Assembly (NCBI GenBank): GCA_051532055.1
Contig: JAOPTX010000042.1
Span: 1 to 53,727 of the forward strand
DNA: 53,727 nt
Reading direction: 5' to 3'
Source of the DNA: Fibrobacterales bacterium
GTDB lineage: Bacteria; Fibrobacterota; Fibrobacteria; Fibrobacterales; JAOPTW01
Shown here: in pieces, positions 30,039 to 39,611 of the stretch
Layout: every line of letters begins with the position of its first letter
Numbering within the stretch: position 1 is the first letter of the stretch
Notes under the pieces: generated by a model
What the model was told of the DNA's origin: nothing
The model's database searches: none
Seen by the model: only the letters and a program-made list of their open reading frames with translations
Program-made: the position numbers and the translations under genes

Positions 30039-31568
30039 ATGAGCAATCCAACCTTACGCGAACAACTTTTTAATGAAATTCTTCTTGCACGACAACGAGT
30101 CTACGAAGTGCGTAAGCCAACCCCTTTGGAAAAACTTGATATTGGAACCGGTGCAGATGTGTGGGTAAAGCGGGAGGATAAAATCCCCATTTATGCCTAT
30201 AAGTGGCGTGGTGCGTATAATAAGATGGCTACTCTTACCGAAGAAGAGCGACAGCGCGGTGTGGTGTGTGCCTCAGCAGGGAATCATGCTCAAGGAGTTG
30301 CACTGTCGGCAGCTAAGCTCAATTGTACGGCGACTATTTTTATGCCCAGACCAACGCCAACAATGAAACGAACTGCAGTGGCTAAACATGGGGGCGATCA
30401 TGTAACCATACGACTCGTTGGTGATACTTATGATCAAGCCTATCAAGCTGCGAAACAATTTGCTCAAGAAGAGAATAGTGTCTTTGTACATCCTTATGAT
30501 GATTTAGCGACAATGGGTGGGCAGGGAACTATTGCTGACGAAGTAGTAATGTCAGGAACTGGCGATTTCGATATCGTCTATCTCCAGATTGGTGGTGGAG
30601 GCATGGCAGCATCAGTCGCCTGCTGGCTTAAGCATTTCATGCCCAATATACATATAGTAGGGGTAGAGGCTGAAGGACAAGCTTCTATGAAGGCTGCTAT
30701 AGATCATGGCGAACCGGTGACCCTCAACGAGCTTGATATTTTTTGTGACGGTACCGCTGTGCAACGTACGGGTGACCTTACGTACCCCCTCTGTAAAGAA
30801 CTCATTGATGAATTTATAACCGTGAGCAACGCAGAGGTCTCTACCGCTATACGTAGTTTTTGGAATTGGCGCCGTCGTATTGTTGAGCCGGCTGGCGCTC
30901 TGGGGCTCGCGGGTCTCTTATCACAAAAAGAACGCCTTGAGGATAAACGTGCCTTAGTCGTTACCTGTGGTGCAAACATGGATTTCTCTCAGTTAGCAGT
31001 TATTGCTGCAGAGGCTGGCATCGATGGAGAAACCCGTCATCACCTTCGTTTTAGTATTACTGAAAAAGAAGGCGCACTCCTAACATTGATGGGAGATGTA
31101 TTACATGACTGTAACATTGTAGAGTTTCAATATGGAAAATCACATGAGTCAAAAGCCTTTCCCGTGATTGGTTTTGATGGATCATCGGAGAAGCTTGAGT
31201 TGGTAAAACAACGATGTGAAGAAAATGGCATTGGTGTGGATGACGTCTCAAAAAGTGAAGATATACATTTTAGAGTAATACAGTACAGTGTCGAGCTCTT
31301 TACTCAACCCTTGATGATACACTATGAATTTCCTGAGCGTGTCGGTGCGCTTCACGAGTTTTTAGAGAGCATAAAAGATTCTGCTAATATTTGTTATTTC
31401 AACTATCTCTATACCGGAGAACGTGTTGGCCGTGCCCTTGTTGGGTTAGAGTTTCAGACTCTTGAGCAACGGGCTTTTATGCTCAAACGACTCCAAGAAG
31501 ATGAGATACTGAGTCAGCGACATAAAATCATTTCCCCAGATGTGGCAAGCCGAATATTGAATTGCTAG
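30039..31568 (+). CDS. ilvA: Threonine ammonia-lyase (biosynthetic, with C-terminal regulatory ACT-like domains)
   Basis: KRED, PLP-lysine motif YKWRGAYN, ASAGNHAQG, HPYDD...GQGT, GGGG, EPAGAL, GANMDF, FPERVGAL. Start inferred at ATG 30039. Confidence 0.92.
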   Translation: MSNPTLREQLFNEILLARQRVYEVRKPTPLEKLDIGTGADVWVKREDKIPIYAYKWRGAYNKMATLTEEERQRGVVCASAGNHAQGVALSAAKLNCTATIFMPRPTPTMKRTAVAKHGGDHVTIRLVGDTYDQAYQAAKQFAQEENSVFVHPYDDLATMGGQGTIADEVVMSGTGDFDIVYLQIGGGGMAASVACWLKHFMPNIHIVGVEAEGQASMKAAIDHGEPVTLNELDIFCDGTAVQRTGDLTYPLCKELIDEFITVSNAEVSTAIRSFWNWRRRIVEPAGALGLAGLLSQKERLEDKRALVVTCGANMDFSQLAVIAAEAGIDGETRHHLRFSITEKEGALLTLMGDVLHDCNIVEFQYGKSHESKAFPVIGFDGSSEKLELVKQRCEENGIGVDDVSKSEDIHFRVIQYSVELFTQPLMIHYEFPERVGALHEFLESIKDSANICYFNYLYTGERVGRALVGLEFQTLEQRAFMLKRLQEDEILSQRHKIISPDVASRILNC

Positions 31569-31855
31569 GATAAAGGGACTCAGCCATTGGATTGATTCTC
31601 TGTTCGAAAATTAAACTCAACCCCAGCATATTCAATTGATTACCGGTGAAACTTGTTTTTCAATAATCCAGTTTTTCTAGTTTGAAGTATATAGAGCATA
31701 CTCAGTACTAATACCTGTAACAAAAAACCAAAGTATCCCTTACATCTCATCTTATTGTAAATGTGCCCTTATATAAAATCTTAGTCATCCATGGAATAAA
31801 AGACAATATCAACAACAGTTTTTGAACACAGAATGTGTTTATTGAGGATTATAGT

Positions 31856-31863
31856 TATTTTTG
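31856..31863 (+). promoter_or_regulatory. TAnnTTTG promoter element of the large CotH gene
   Basis: TATTTTTG about 60 nt upstream of ATG 31923; GAAGGA RBS at 31912-31917. Confidence 0.4.
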
Positions 31864-31880
31864 CCGAGCAAATAACATTA

Positions 31881-31904
31881 CATACATACATACATACATA
31901 CATA
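31881..31904 (+). repeat. (CATA)6 tetranucleotide simple-sequence repeat
   Basis: Six perfect CATA units directly visible, ending 7 nt before the RBS. Confidence 0.95.
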
Positions 31905-31922
31905 TACCAATGAAGGACCCAC

Positions 31923-34900
31923 ATGATGAGAGGGCACAATCACATGATAAGTCATGTTTCCGTACGCACGTACACATTTCTGATTTTCTTACTTACCACT
32001 AGCATACCCCTATGGGCAGGCTCTGTGGATGACATAGATTTTTCTGTAGAACGGGGTTTCTACGACAATCCTTTTGATGTAGTACTCAGTACTGAAACAT
32101 CAGATGCAACGATCTTTTATACGCTTGATGGCAGCGACCCTTGTGGATCTGCAACGGCACAATCAGGATTAACTCCTGTTACAGTGACCGTTGATCCAAG
32201 TTCAACGTATGGCGGACTTCGCCCAATAACTCCAGCGGTAACGCTTAAAGCATGCGGTTCAGCACCTTCTGAGGATGACGACAGTGACATCGCTGTTTCT
32301 ACCTACCTTTTTATTGATGAAATTGTACAGCAATCATCTAATACTCCTGGGACAGGCTGGCCGTCACCGAACACCGGTTCGGGTCAGCACTATGACTACG
32401 GCATGGATGGAAGTGTTGCACCTCTCAGCGAAATAAGAAACTCACTTCTTTCTGTACCAACAATATCTATGGTAACAGAGCTTCCTAACCTCTTTGATCC
32501 AGGTTTTGGTGTGTACGAGAATGCAACTGCTGCAAAGGCAGATGATCCTTTTGGTAATAAATGGGAGCGTCCTGGTTCTATTGAACTGATTAATCCTAAT
32601 GGTGATGATGGTTTTCAACAGAATTGTGGTATCCGCCTTCGTGGTGGGTATAGCCGCAGTGACTGGAATCCTAAGCACTCTTTTAAAGTATACTTTGACA
32701 AAGACTACGGTCCAAAATACCTTGAGTTCCCGCTTTTTGGTGATGAAGGCGTTCAGAAATACCGTAAAATTGGTTTTCGTACTGCACAAAACTACTCATG
32801 GAACATGTGGGGTGATGAGGGTGATGACAGTCGGAAAAACACCTTTCTCCGTGAACCACTTGCTCGTGATATTCAACGAGCTCAAGGCCGTCTCCACGCA
32901 AAAAGCTTTAACTTTCACTTGTATGTAAATGGTGTCTATTGGGGCTTGTTCATGGTTCAAGAGGCTGCTAGTGCAAAATTTGCAACACAATACCTTGGTG
33001 AAGACAAAGATTTTTATGATGTCATCAATACTGAAGGTGGCAAAGCCGATGCTACTGATGGTTCACTCGATATTTATTATGAGTTGTACGAAAAAGTAAA
33101 ATCGGGTAACCTAACCGATGCTGAGTATTATGCACTCCAAGGACTTGCTTCTAACGGTACAGACAAAGACCCATCACAGTTTCATTATCTTGATGCCGCT
33201 AACTTGATCGACTACATGCTCGCTATTTACTACACGGGTGACAAGGATGCTCCTATTTCTTCATGGCACAACAACGCATACCTTAATAATTTCTATGGTA
33301 TTATTAGCCAAGTGAATCCTGAAGGGTTCCAGTGGGTGCGTCACGATGCAGAACATTCATTTGATGTTGGTGAAGAGAACCGTGTCGGTCCGTATGACCT
33401 TAATGGTAGAGAGTATTTTAATCCACAAACACTGCATGAGAAGCTTATAAGTAATGATGAATACAAAATGCTCTTTAGAGACCTAGCGTATCGTAACTTC
33501 TATAACAATGGACCGATGACTACTGATTCTGTTCAGAGCATGCTTTCTCGTCGCATTAACGACACAGAAGGTCCTATTACCGCGGAATCAGCTCGTTGGG
33601 GCGACCAAAAAAGCACAATCCCACGTACAAAAACTACTTGGTGGAGTGCGGTATCTAATCTACAGAACTTTGTTACCAACAGAACGAATGTTGTGAAACA
33701 ACAATTGAATGATATTGGTTGGTTCACTGATCGTAAACCTCCTGTTGCGACTCTTGATGCATCAGGTGCATTGATTAATGACCGTTTTATCCCTTCTAAT
33801 GGTGATAACGTTGTCGAGCTTGATCCTAATGCAGTAAATACAACAGTATACTATACTATTGATGGCACTGATCCACGTGCCCCTGGTGGTTCTGTTTCAG
33901 CTACAGCTCAATTTGGTGGAAACTTTGCAACAGTTGTTGGCGCAAAGGTTATTAAGGCTCGTAATCGTCAAACTGATGGTGCATGGAGTCCGGTCAGAGA
34001 AATCTTCTTCACTGAATCAATTGGTGAGAACGTAGTTAAGTTTTCTGAAATCCACTACAAACCCGATGAACTTGATGGTGATATCGATGAAAACGCATTA
34101 GAGTTTATTGAAATTACAAATGCAAGTGACCATGCTGTAAGTATGGCTGGCGCCAAATTTAGTAAAGGTGTGTTATATACTTTCCCCGCAGAAACAATTC
34201 TTCAAGCGGGTGAGTATTATGTTATTGCTAAAAATCCAGGTGAGTTTACTCGTCGTTATGGATACATGCCCAATGGACACTACTCTGATGAACTTGATAA
34301 TGGTGACGAACAAGTTGAAATGGTTGATGCATTTGGTCAACGAATTGATAACGTTACCTATGCAGATGAAGGCGAATGGCCAGAATCACCCGACGGTGAT
34401 GGACCATCACTCAATATCTTAAATCTTACTGCTACCACCAACTCTGATGATGCATCTAACTGGACGGCTTCATATGTTCTTCACGGAACCCCAGGATTTG
34501 AAAACCCTGCAGACGTTCCTGTTTTAGTAACAATTGCAGTATCGCCGGTTGAATCAACTATTGGTGCAGGTGCATCGGTTACTCTTGTAGCTTCTGCGAC
34601 TAACCAATATGGAACTCCTTATACTGCGAATTACACATGGACTACCACAGGGACTGCTTCTATTGTAGATGGCGTATTTACCGCTTCTGAAGAAGGAATA
34701 TATGTTGTAACGGTAGAGGCTGAAGGTCAATCTGCTGTTGCGCAAGTTGAAGTTCTTGCCGCTTCTGTACTGACAAGCTTCTCTATAGCTCCCGCTACAG
34801 GGATCTCCTTAGAAATCGGTACTACTCAACAGTTTACTGCAACAGCGTTAGACCAATATGGAAACCCCTATGATACTGAAGTTATTTGGGCGGCAATCGG

Positions 34901-37900
34901 TACAGGCCATCTCACTTCTACAGGCTTATATACTGCTACTACAGCAGGCCAACATAGTGTCACTGCATCTGCAGGAACATTTTCAGATAATACTCAAATT
35001 ACAGTAACTGCTACTTTGATTAATGTTGCGGCGGGTAAACCTGCCACTGCTTCGACCTCAGAAGCTTCTAATTTAGCTCCAGAATTTGCGGTTGATTTTG
35101 ACGGAACTACTCGTTGGTCTTCACAATTTAAAGATGACCAATGGATTATGGTAAATCTTCTTGATGCGTATGACATTTCAGAAGTCGTTCTCGAGTGGGA
35201 AGCTGCTGCGTCAAAACACTACGAAATCCAAGTCTCTGACAACGGGACAGACTGGACAACAGTATTTACAGAAACAAATGGCGATGCTGGCAGAGATGTT
35301 ATATCAATTGCTCCCGTTTCTGCTCGTTATGTCCGTATGTATGGAATTACAAGAGCGACGCAGTGGGGCAACTCACTCTGGTCATTCGAAGCATGGGGAA
35401 CAAAAACTATTACATTCCCTGTACTTTCGTCTATAACTCTCACACCTCTTGCAACAACAGTTACGGTTGGTGAAACACAACAATATACTGCGGAAGGTTT
35501 TGATCAACATGGTAACCCTATAGATGCAGACTATTCTTGGAATATATCAGGTAACAGTACGATTGATGGAAATGGTCTTGTTACAACAATTGAAGCGGGG
35601 ATAGCTTCGGTAACAGTAACATCGTTAGGTTTGAGTGCTACTACTCAGCTTACTATAAGAGAAATACCTGTTCTCACTACTATAGAAGTTTCACCTGCAG
35701 CATCAACAATTTTCCATGGCGGACCTCAGCAATTTATAGCTCGTGGATATGACCAATTTGGTGTTGAAGTAAGTGTTGACGTTGATTGGACTGCTACTGC
35801 TGGTGAAATTCTTTCTGATGGAACATATATCGCCTATGACCTTGGTACCCATACCGTAACTGCTACTGATGGGCTTATCTCTGGAGTTACAGAAATCAAC
35901 GTTATTAGTCTCCCTGTATTGACTACGATTGAAATCACTCCTGGATCAGCTGATATTGCAATCGGTGAGTCACAACAGTTTACTGCTGTCGCATTTGACC
36001 AATATGGCTCAGAAGTAACTTCAAATATTGTATGGAGCACTACTGGTAATGCTACTATTACTACGACTGGTCTATTTAGTGCTGCATTAAGCGGAGATTA
36101 CACAGTGACAGCTGAAACTGATGCAGTTATCGCTACTGCTGCAGTGGTTGTTTCTGAAGTGAACCTTGTTCAAAATGGTGATTTCTCTAATGGCCTCACA
36201 GACTGGTACCTCGATCTCTATAACCCGAGCAATGCTACAAGTACTGTTAATGGAGATGGTGAAGTAGTTATCGACATCATTACTCCTGGATCTGCACACT
36301 GGAACATTCAATTTGGACAACTGCATATCCCTATTGAAGTAGGTAAAAAATACCGCTATAGCTTTGATGCGAAAGCGGAATCTGATAGAAGCCTCAGCAC
36401 TCAAATTGAAACTGATGGAAGCCCATGGACAAACTATGCAAACCTAACTGAAGTGCCAATCACCACAGTTATGACAAACTACTCATTTGAGTTTGTTGCT
36501 CAAGAAACAGACCTTGATGCACGTTTAGTGTTTAATGTTGGCGGTATTAACTCAGATGTAACGCTCAATAACATTAAGATTGTTGAAGTTGCTGAATTTC
36601 CAAATCCTGTACTCACTACCATTGCAATAAGTCAAGATACTCAAGGGCCCGTTCGCCCTCGTCAATTTGTTTATTTTGAAGCTATTGGGTATGACCAGTA
36701 CGGAAGAGTTATTGCTTTTAATGCTGAGTGGGTTGCCGGAAGCCAGGTACATGTGTTCCCACTAGAAAACAATACTGCTCGAGCGTATGGTGAATCTCCT
36801 GAAGAAAAAACTGTAACGGTACAGTCAGGAGCAGTGTCTGCTACAGCAACATTTACTGTTTCTTTTGGACAAGCTGTTACCCAAATAGTTATTGTTCCTA
36901 ATGTTAGTGAGCTTAAAGCAGGTGAGTCAGTACAATTACAGGCTCTTGCAAAAGGTCGCGATGGTTCGGTTATTGAAGGCGTTGATTTTATCTGGACGAG
37001 CTATAGAGATGCAATTGCAACCGTTGATGCAAATGGTCTATTAACTGCCATTTCAGAAGGTACTGCTCAGTTTTCAGTGACTGCTGATGCATTAACAATA
37101 TATTCATATCCAGAAATAAATCCTACACCGGTTCCAACAACTATTTCGATATCTCCATCAAGTGGTACTATTGGGTATAATGTAACAATGTCTATGCACG
37201 CAATACTTCGCGATCAGTATGGTACAACAATACCTACAGATTTTACTTGGTCAGCAACGGGTGGTGAAATTGACGTAACAACAGGTGAATATACCGGTAC
37301 TGAACCTGGCGCTCAAGTTATTACCGCAACTGCTTCGGGGATTTCTCAGACTGCAAGTATTACGGTAAATGCACCGGTAATTAGATCTATTGAAGTAACA
37401 CCAACTAATACAACTATTGCTTTTGGTGGCACTCAACAGTTTTCTGCTCAGGCGTTTGACATGAGTCACAATGCGGTTCCTGGTCAATTTGTTTGGACTG
37501 CTACAAATGGAACGATTGATATAAATGGTCTTTTTACTAGTTCAGTAGAAGGTGATGCAACTATCACTGCAACTTCTGGATCTATTTCTGGGAGCGCTAT
37601 AGTAACGGTAAGTGATGCACCAGTACTGACTACCATTACAGTATCCCCGTTAACAAGTACTGTTAATTTTGGTGAAACCCAACAATTCACTGCCGCAGGA
37701 TTTGATCAATTTGGTAATTCAATTGCAGCTGTAATCACATGGACTACTGAACACTGTACCATAGATCCTAATGGTCTGTTTGTTGGAGTTGTAGAAGGTG
37801 TAACAACGGTAACTGCAACATCTGGGGCAGTTTCTACTACGGTAACTATTACGGTAAATGATGAACCTGTTTTAACCTCAATGACTCTAACTCCAAGAAC

Positions 37901-39497
37901 GGCAAGTATTTCAATTGGCGAAACGCAACAATACACTGCTCAAGCCCTGGATCAAAACGGTGCTGTTTTGGATGTAACATATAATTGGAATGCAAGTGGT
38001 GGGATTATAAGTACATCTGGTTTGTTTACAGCAACAACAGCTGGTTCATTTATAATTTCTGCTGAAACTGGCGGACTGGTCACTGAAGCGACAATCATTG
38101 TTTCAGATGCTCCTCAAAATATTGCACTCAATAAACCAACGACTGCTTCATCTATAGAAAGCGGTAACCAAGCATCTTCTTTCGCTGTAGACCCATCGAC
38201 AGAAACTCGTTGGTCGAGTCTACACTCAAACAATCAATGGATCGCTATCGACCTCGGTGGAGAATTTGACATCAGCTCTGTTGAATTAAACTGGGAAGCC
38301 GCTGCTGGTGAATCGTATGATATTCAAGTCAAAACTGCTGACAATACCACATGGACAACTATTTATAGTGAAACAAATGGTAATGGTGGCATAGAAAACT
38401 TTGATGTATCTGCGAGTCGCGTAACGGACATTAGAATGTATGGCAACACTCGTACTACAATCTATGGCTTTTCTCTCTATGATTTCCAAGTAATGGGATC
38501 ACCTTCAGTAGCACTTCCTCCGGTACTCGACCACATTCAATTTCCACCAACAGTACCTTCAGTTATTGTTGGTGAAGTTGTTCCCTTTGCAGCAACGGGA
38601 ATTGATCAATACGGTGCGCCAATTGCTGCTGTTATTACCTATTCAACAACAGGTGGTACTATTTCAGTATCAGGTTTATTCACTGCTACTGAACTTGGGT
38701 CATTCGTAATTACTGCAGAAGCTGAAGGTATATCAGCGACGGCAACAATAACGGTTAACGCAGCTCCTGAACTTGATGGTGTATTATTCAATCCTACAAC
38801 TTTAGAAGATGTATTAATTGGTGAATCAATACAATTTACGGCTCAAGCGCTCGATCAGTATGGTAACGCATTTCATGATGTCACCTACGAATGGATTATG
38901 CAAGGAGACTGTGGAACGATGAGTAATACTGGTTTATTCACTGCTACTCAAGTATCAGCGGGAAACCTGTGTTCACCTCGTGTTGATATCACACCAAATC
39001 ACCCTGGTAATACACAAATGTTAGTACGCGCAATTGCTGTTGTAGTGACTGACTTTGTTGCAGTGAACATGCTTGTTAATGGTGACCTATCAAACGGTTG
39101 GTCTAACTGGGACATGGGTATCTATTCAACTGCATCTGCTACTCGTTCGGTGAATGGTTCTATAGGAACTATTGCTATCTCTAATGGTGGAACAGCTCAA
39201 TGGAACATTCAGCTGAATCAGATTGGTGTAAACCTCGAAGACGGTGAAACATACCGCTTTAGCTTTTCGGCAAGTACTGTTGATAATAGAACGATAAGCG
39301 CAACACTTGAGAAAGCATCATCTCCATGGAGTTTCTATGGTGGAGCTGCGAGTGTAGCACTTTCGCCAATTACTAAAGATTTTGAGTATGAATTCACTAT
39401 GAGTGGTTCAGACAATGATGCTCGTGTTACCTTTAATTTGGGTAGTAACAGCAACGACATCAATATCTCTGATATTCAAGTAGTAAAGCTCCCATAA
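31923..39497 (+). CDS. Very large secreted CotH kinase: Fn3/CHB_HEX_C-like, CotH, lamin-tail domain, many Big-2 repeats, two F5/8 type C and two CBM4/9 domains
   Basis: 'FSVERGFY...IFYTLDGSDP'; CotH 'GIRLRGGYSR...PKHSFK...LYVNGVYWGL...HDAEHS...ESARWGD'; LTD 'FSEIHY..EFIEITN'; repeated 'DQYG' Big-2 units; 'TRWSS' discoidins; 'NGDFSNG..W' CBM4 domains. Confidence 0.88.
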   Translation: MMRGHNHMISHVSVRTYTFLIFLLTTSIPLWAGSVDDIDFSVERGFYDNPFDVVLSTETSDATIFYTLDGSDPCGSATAQSGLTPVTVTVDPSSTYGGLRPITPAVTLKACGSAPSEDDDSDIAVSTYLFIDEIVQQSSNTPGTGWPSPNTGSGQHYDYGMDGSVAPLSEIRNSLLSVPTISMVTELPNLFDPGFGVYENATAAKADDPFGNKWERPGSIELINPNGDDGFQQNCGIRLRGGYSRSDWNPKHSFKVYFDKDYGPKYLEFPLFGDEGVQKYRKIGFRTAQNYSWNMWGDEGDDSRKNTFLREPLARDIQRAQGRLHAKSFNFHLYVNGVYWGLFMVQEAASAKFATQYLGEDKDFYDVINTEGGKADATDGSLDIYYELYEKVKSGNLTDAEYYALQGLASNGTDKDPSQFHYLDAANLIDYMLAIYYTGDKDAPISSWHNNAYLNNFYGIISQVNPEGFQWVRHDAEHSFDVGEENRVGPYDLNGREYFNPQTLHEKLISNDEYKMLFRDLAYRNFYNNGPMTTDSVQSMLSRRINDTEGPITAESARWGDQKSTIPRTKTTWWSAVSNLQNFVTNRTNVVKQQLNDIGWFTDRKPPVATLDASGALINDRFIPSNGDNVVELDPNAVNTTVYYTIDGTDPRAPGGSVSATAQFGGNFATVVGAKVIKARNRQTDGAWSPVREIFFTESIGENVVKFSEIHYKPDELDGDIDENALEFIEITNASDHAVSMAGAKFSKGVLYTFPAETILQAGEYYVIAKNPGEFTRRYGYMPNGHYSDELDNGDEQVEMVDAFGQRIDNVTYADEGEWPESPDGDGPSLNILNLTATTNSDDASNWTASYVLHGTPGFENPADVPVLVTIAVSPVESTIGAGASVTLVASATNQYGTPYTANYTWTTTGTASIVDGVFTASEEGIYVVTVEAEGQSAVAQVEVLAASVLTSFSIAPATGISLEIGTTQQFTATALDQYGNPYDTEVIWAAIGTGHLTSTGLYTATTAGQHSVTASAGTFSDNTQITVTATLINVAAGKPATASTSEASNLAPEFAVDFDGTTRWSSQFKDDQWIMVNLLDAYDISEVVLEWEAAASKHYEIQVSDNGTDWTTVFTETNGDAGRDVISIAPVSARYVRMYGITRATQWGNSLWSFEAWGTKTITFPVLSSITLTPLATTVTVGETQQYTAEGFDQHGNPIDADYSWNISGNSTIDGNGLVTTIEAGIASVTVTSLGLSATTQLTIREIPVLTTIEVSPAASTIFHGGPQQFIARGYDQFGVEVSVDVDWTATAGEILSDGTYIAYDLGTHTVTATDGLISGVTEINVISLPVLTTIEITPGSADIAIGESQQFTAVAFDQYGSEVTSNIVWSTTGNATITTTGLFSAALSGDYTVTAETDAVIATAAVVVSEVNLVQNGDFSNGLTDWYLDLYNPSNATSTVNGDGEVVIDIITPGSAHWNIQFGQLHIPIEVGKKYRYSFDAKAESDRSLSTQIETDGSPWTNYANLTEVPITTVMTNYSFEFVAQETDLDARLVFNVGGINSDVTLNNIKIVEVAEFPNPVLTTIAISQDTQGPVRPRQFVYFEAIGYDQYGRVIAFNAEWVAGSQVHVFPLENNTARAYGESPEEKTVTVQSGAVSATATFTVSFGQAVTQIVIVPNVSELKAGESVQLQALAKGRDGSVIEGVDFIWTSYRDAIATVDANGLLTAISEGTAQFSVTADALTIYSYPEINPTPVPTTISISPSSGTIGYNVTMSMHAILRDQYGTTIPTDFTWSATGGEIDVTTGEYTGTEPGAQVITATASGISQTASITVNAPVIRSIEVTPTNTTIAFGGTQQFSAQAFDMSHNAVPGQFVWTATNGTIDINGLFTSSVEGDATITATSGSISGSAIVTVSDAPVLTTITVSPLTSTVNFGETQQFTAAGFDQFGNSIAAVITWTTEHCTIDPNGLFVGVVEGVTTVTATSGAVSTTVTITVNDEPVLTSMTLTPRTASISIGETQQYTAQALDQNGAVLDVTYNWNASGGIISTSGLFTATTAGSFIISAETGGLVTEATIIVSDAPQNIALNKPTTASSIESGNQASSFAVDPSTETRWSSLHSNNQWIAIDLGGEFDISSVELNWEAAAGESYDIQVKTADNTTWTTIYSETNGNGGIENFDVSASRVTDIRMYGNTRTTIYGFSLYDFQVMGSPSVALPPVLDHIQFPPTVPSVIVGEVVPFAATGIDQYGAPIAAVITYSTTGGTISVSGLFTATELGSFVITAEAEGISATATITVNAAPELDGVLFNPTTLEDVLIGESIQFTAQALDQYGNAFHDVTYEWIMQGDCGTMSNTGLFTATQVSAGNLCSPRVDITPNHPGNTQMLVRAIAVVVTDFVAVNMLVNGDLSNGWSNWDMGIYSTASATRSVNGSIGTIAISNGGTAQWNIQLNQIGVNLEDGETYRFSFSASTVDNRTISATLEKASSPWSFYGGAASVALSPITKDFEYEFTMSGSDNDARVTFNLGSNSNDINISDIQVVKLP

Positions 39498-39531
39498 GAG
39501 CGCTATACACTTGAGTTTGACTCAATATTTT

Positions 39532-39563
39532 AAAGGCAGTGGGATTTTCCACTGCCTTTTTTT
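39532..39563 (+). terminator. Rho-independent terminator
   Basis: AAAGGCAGTGG / CCACTGCCTTT stem followed by a T-run. Confidence 0.9.
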
Positions 39564-39611
39564 GTGCCTGAATCAGCCACCGTATATCACTGATTTTTCT
39601 ATCTTTGGCTC

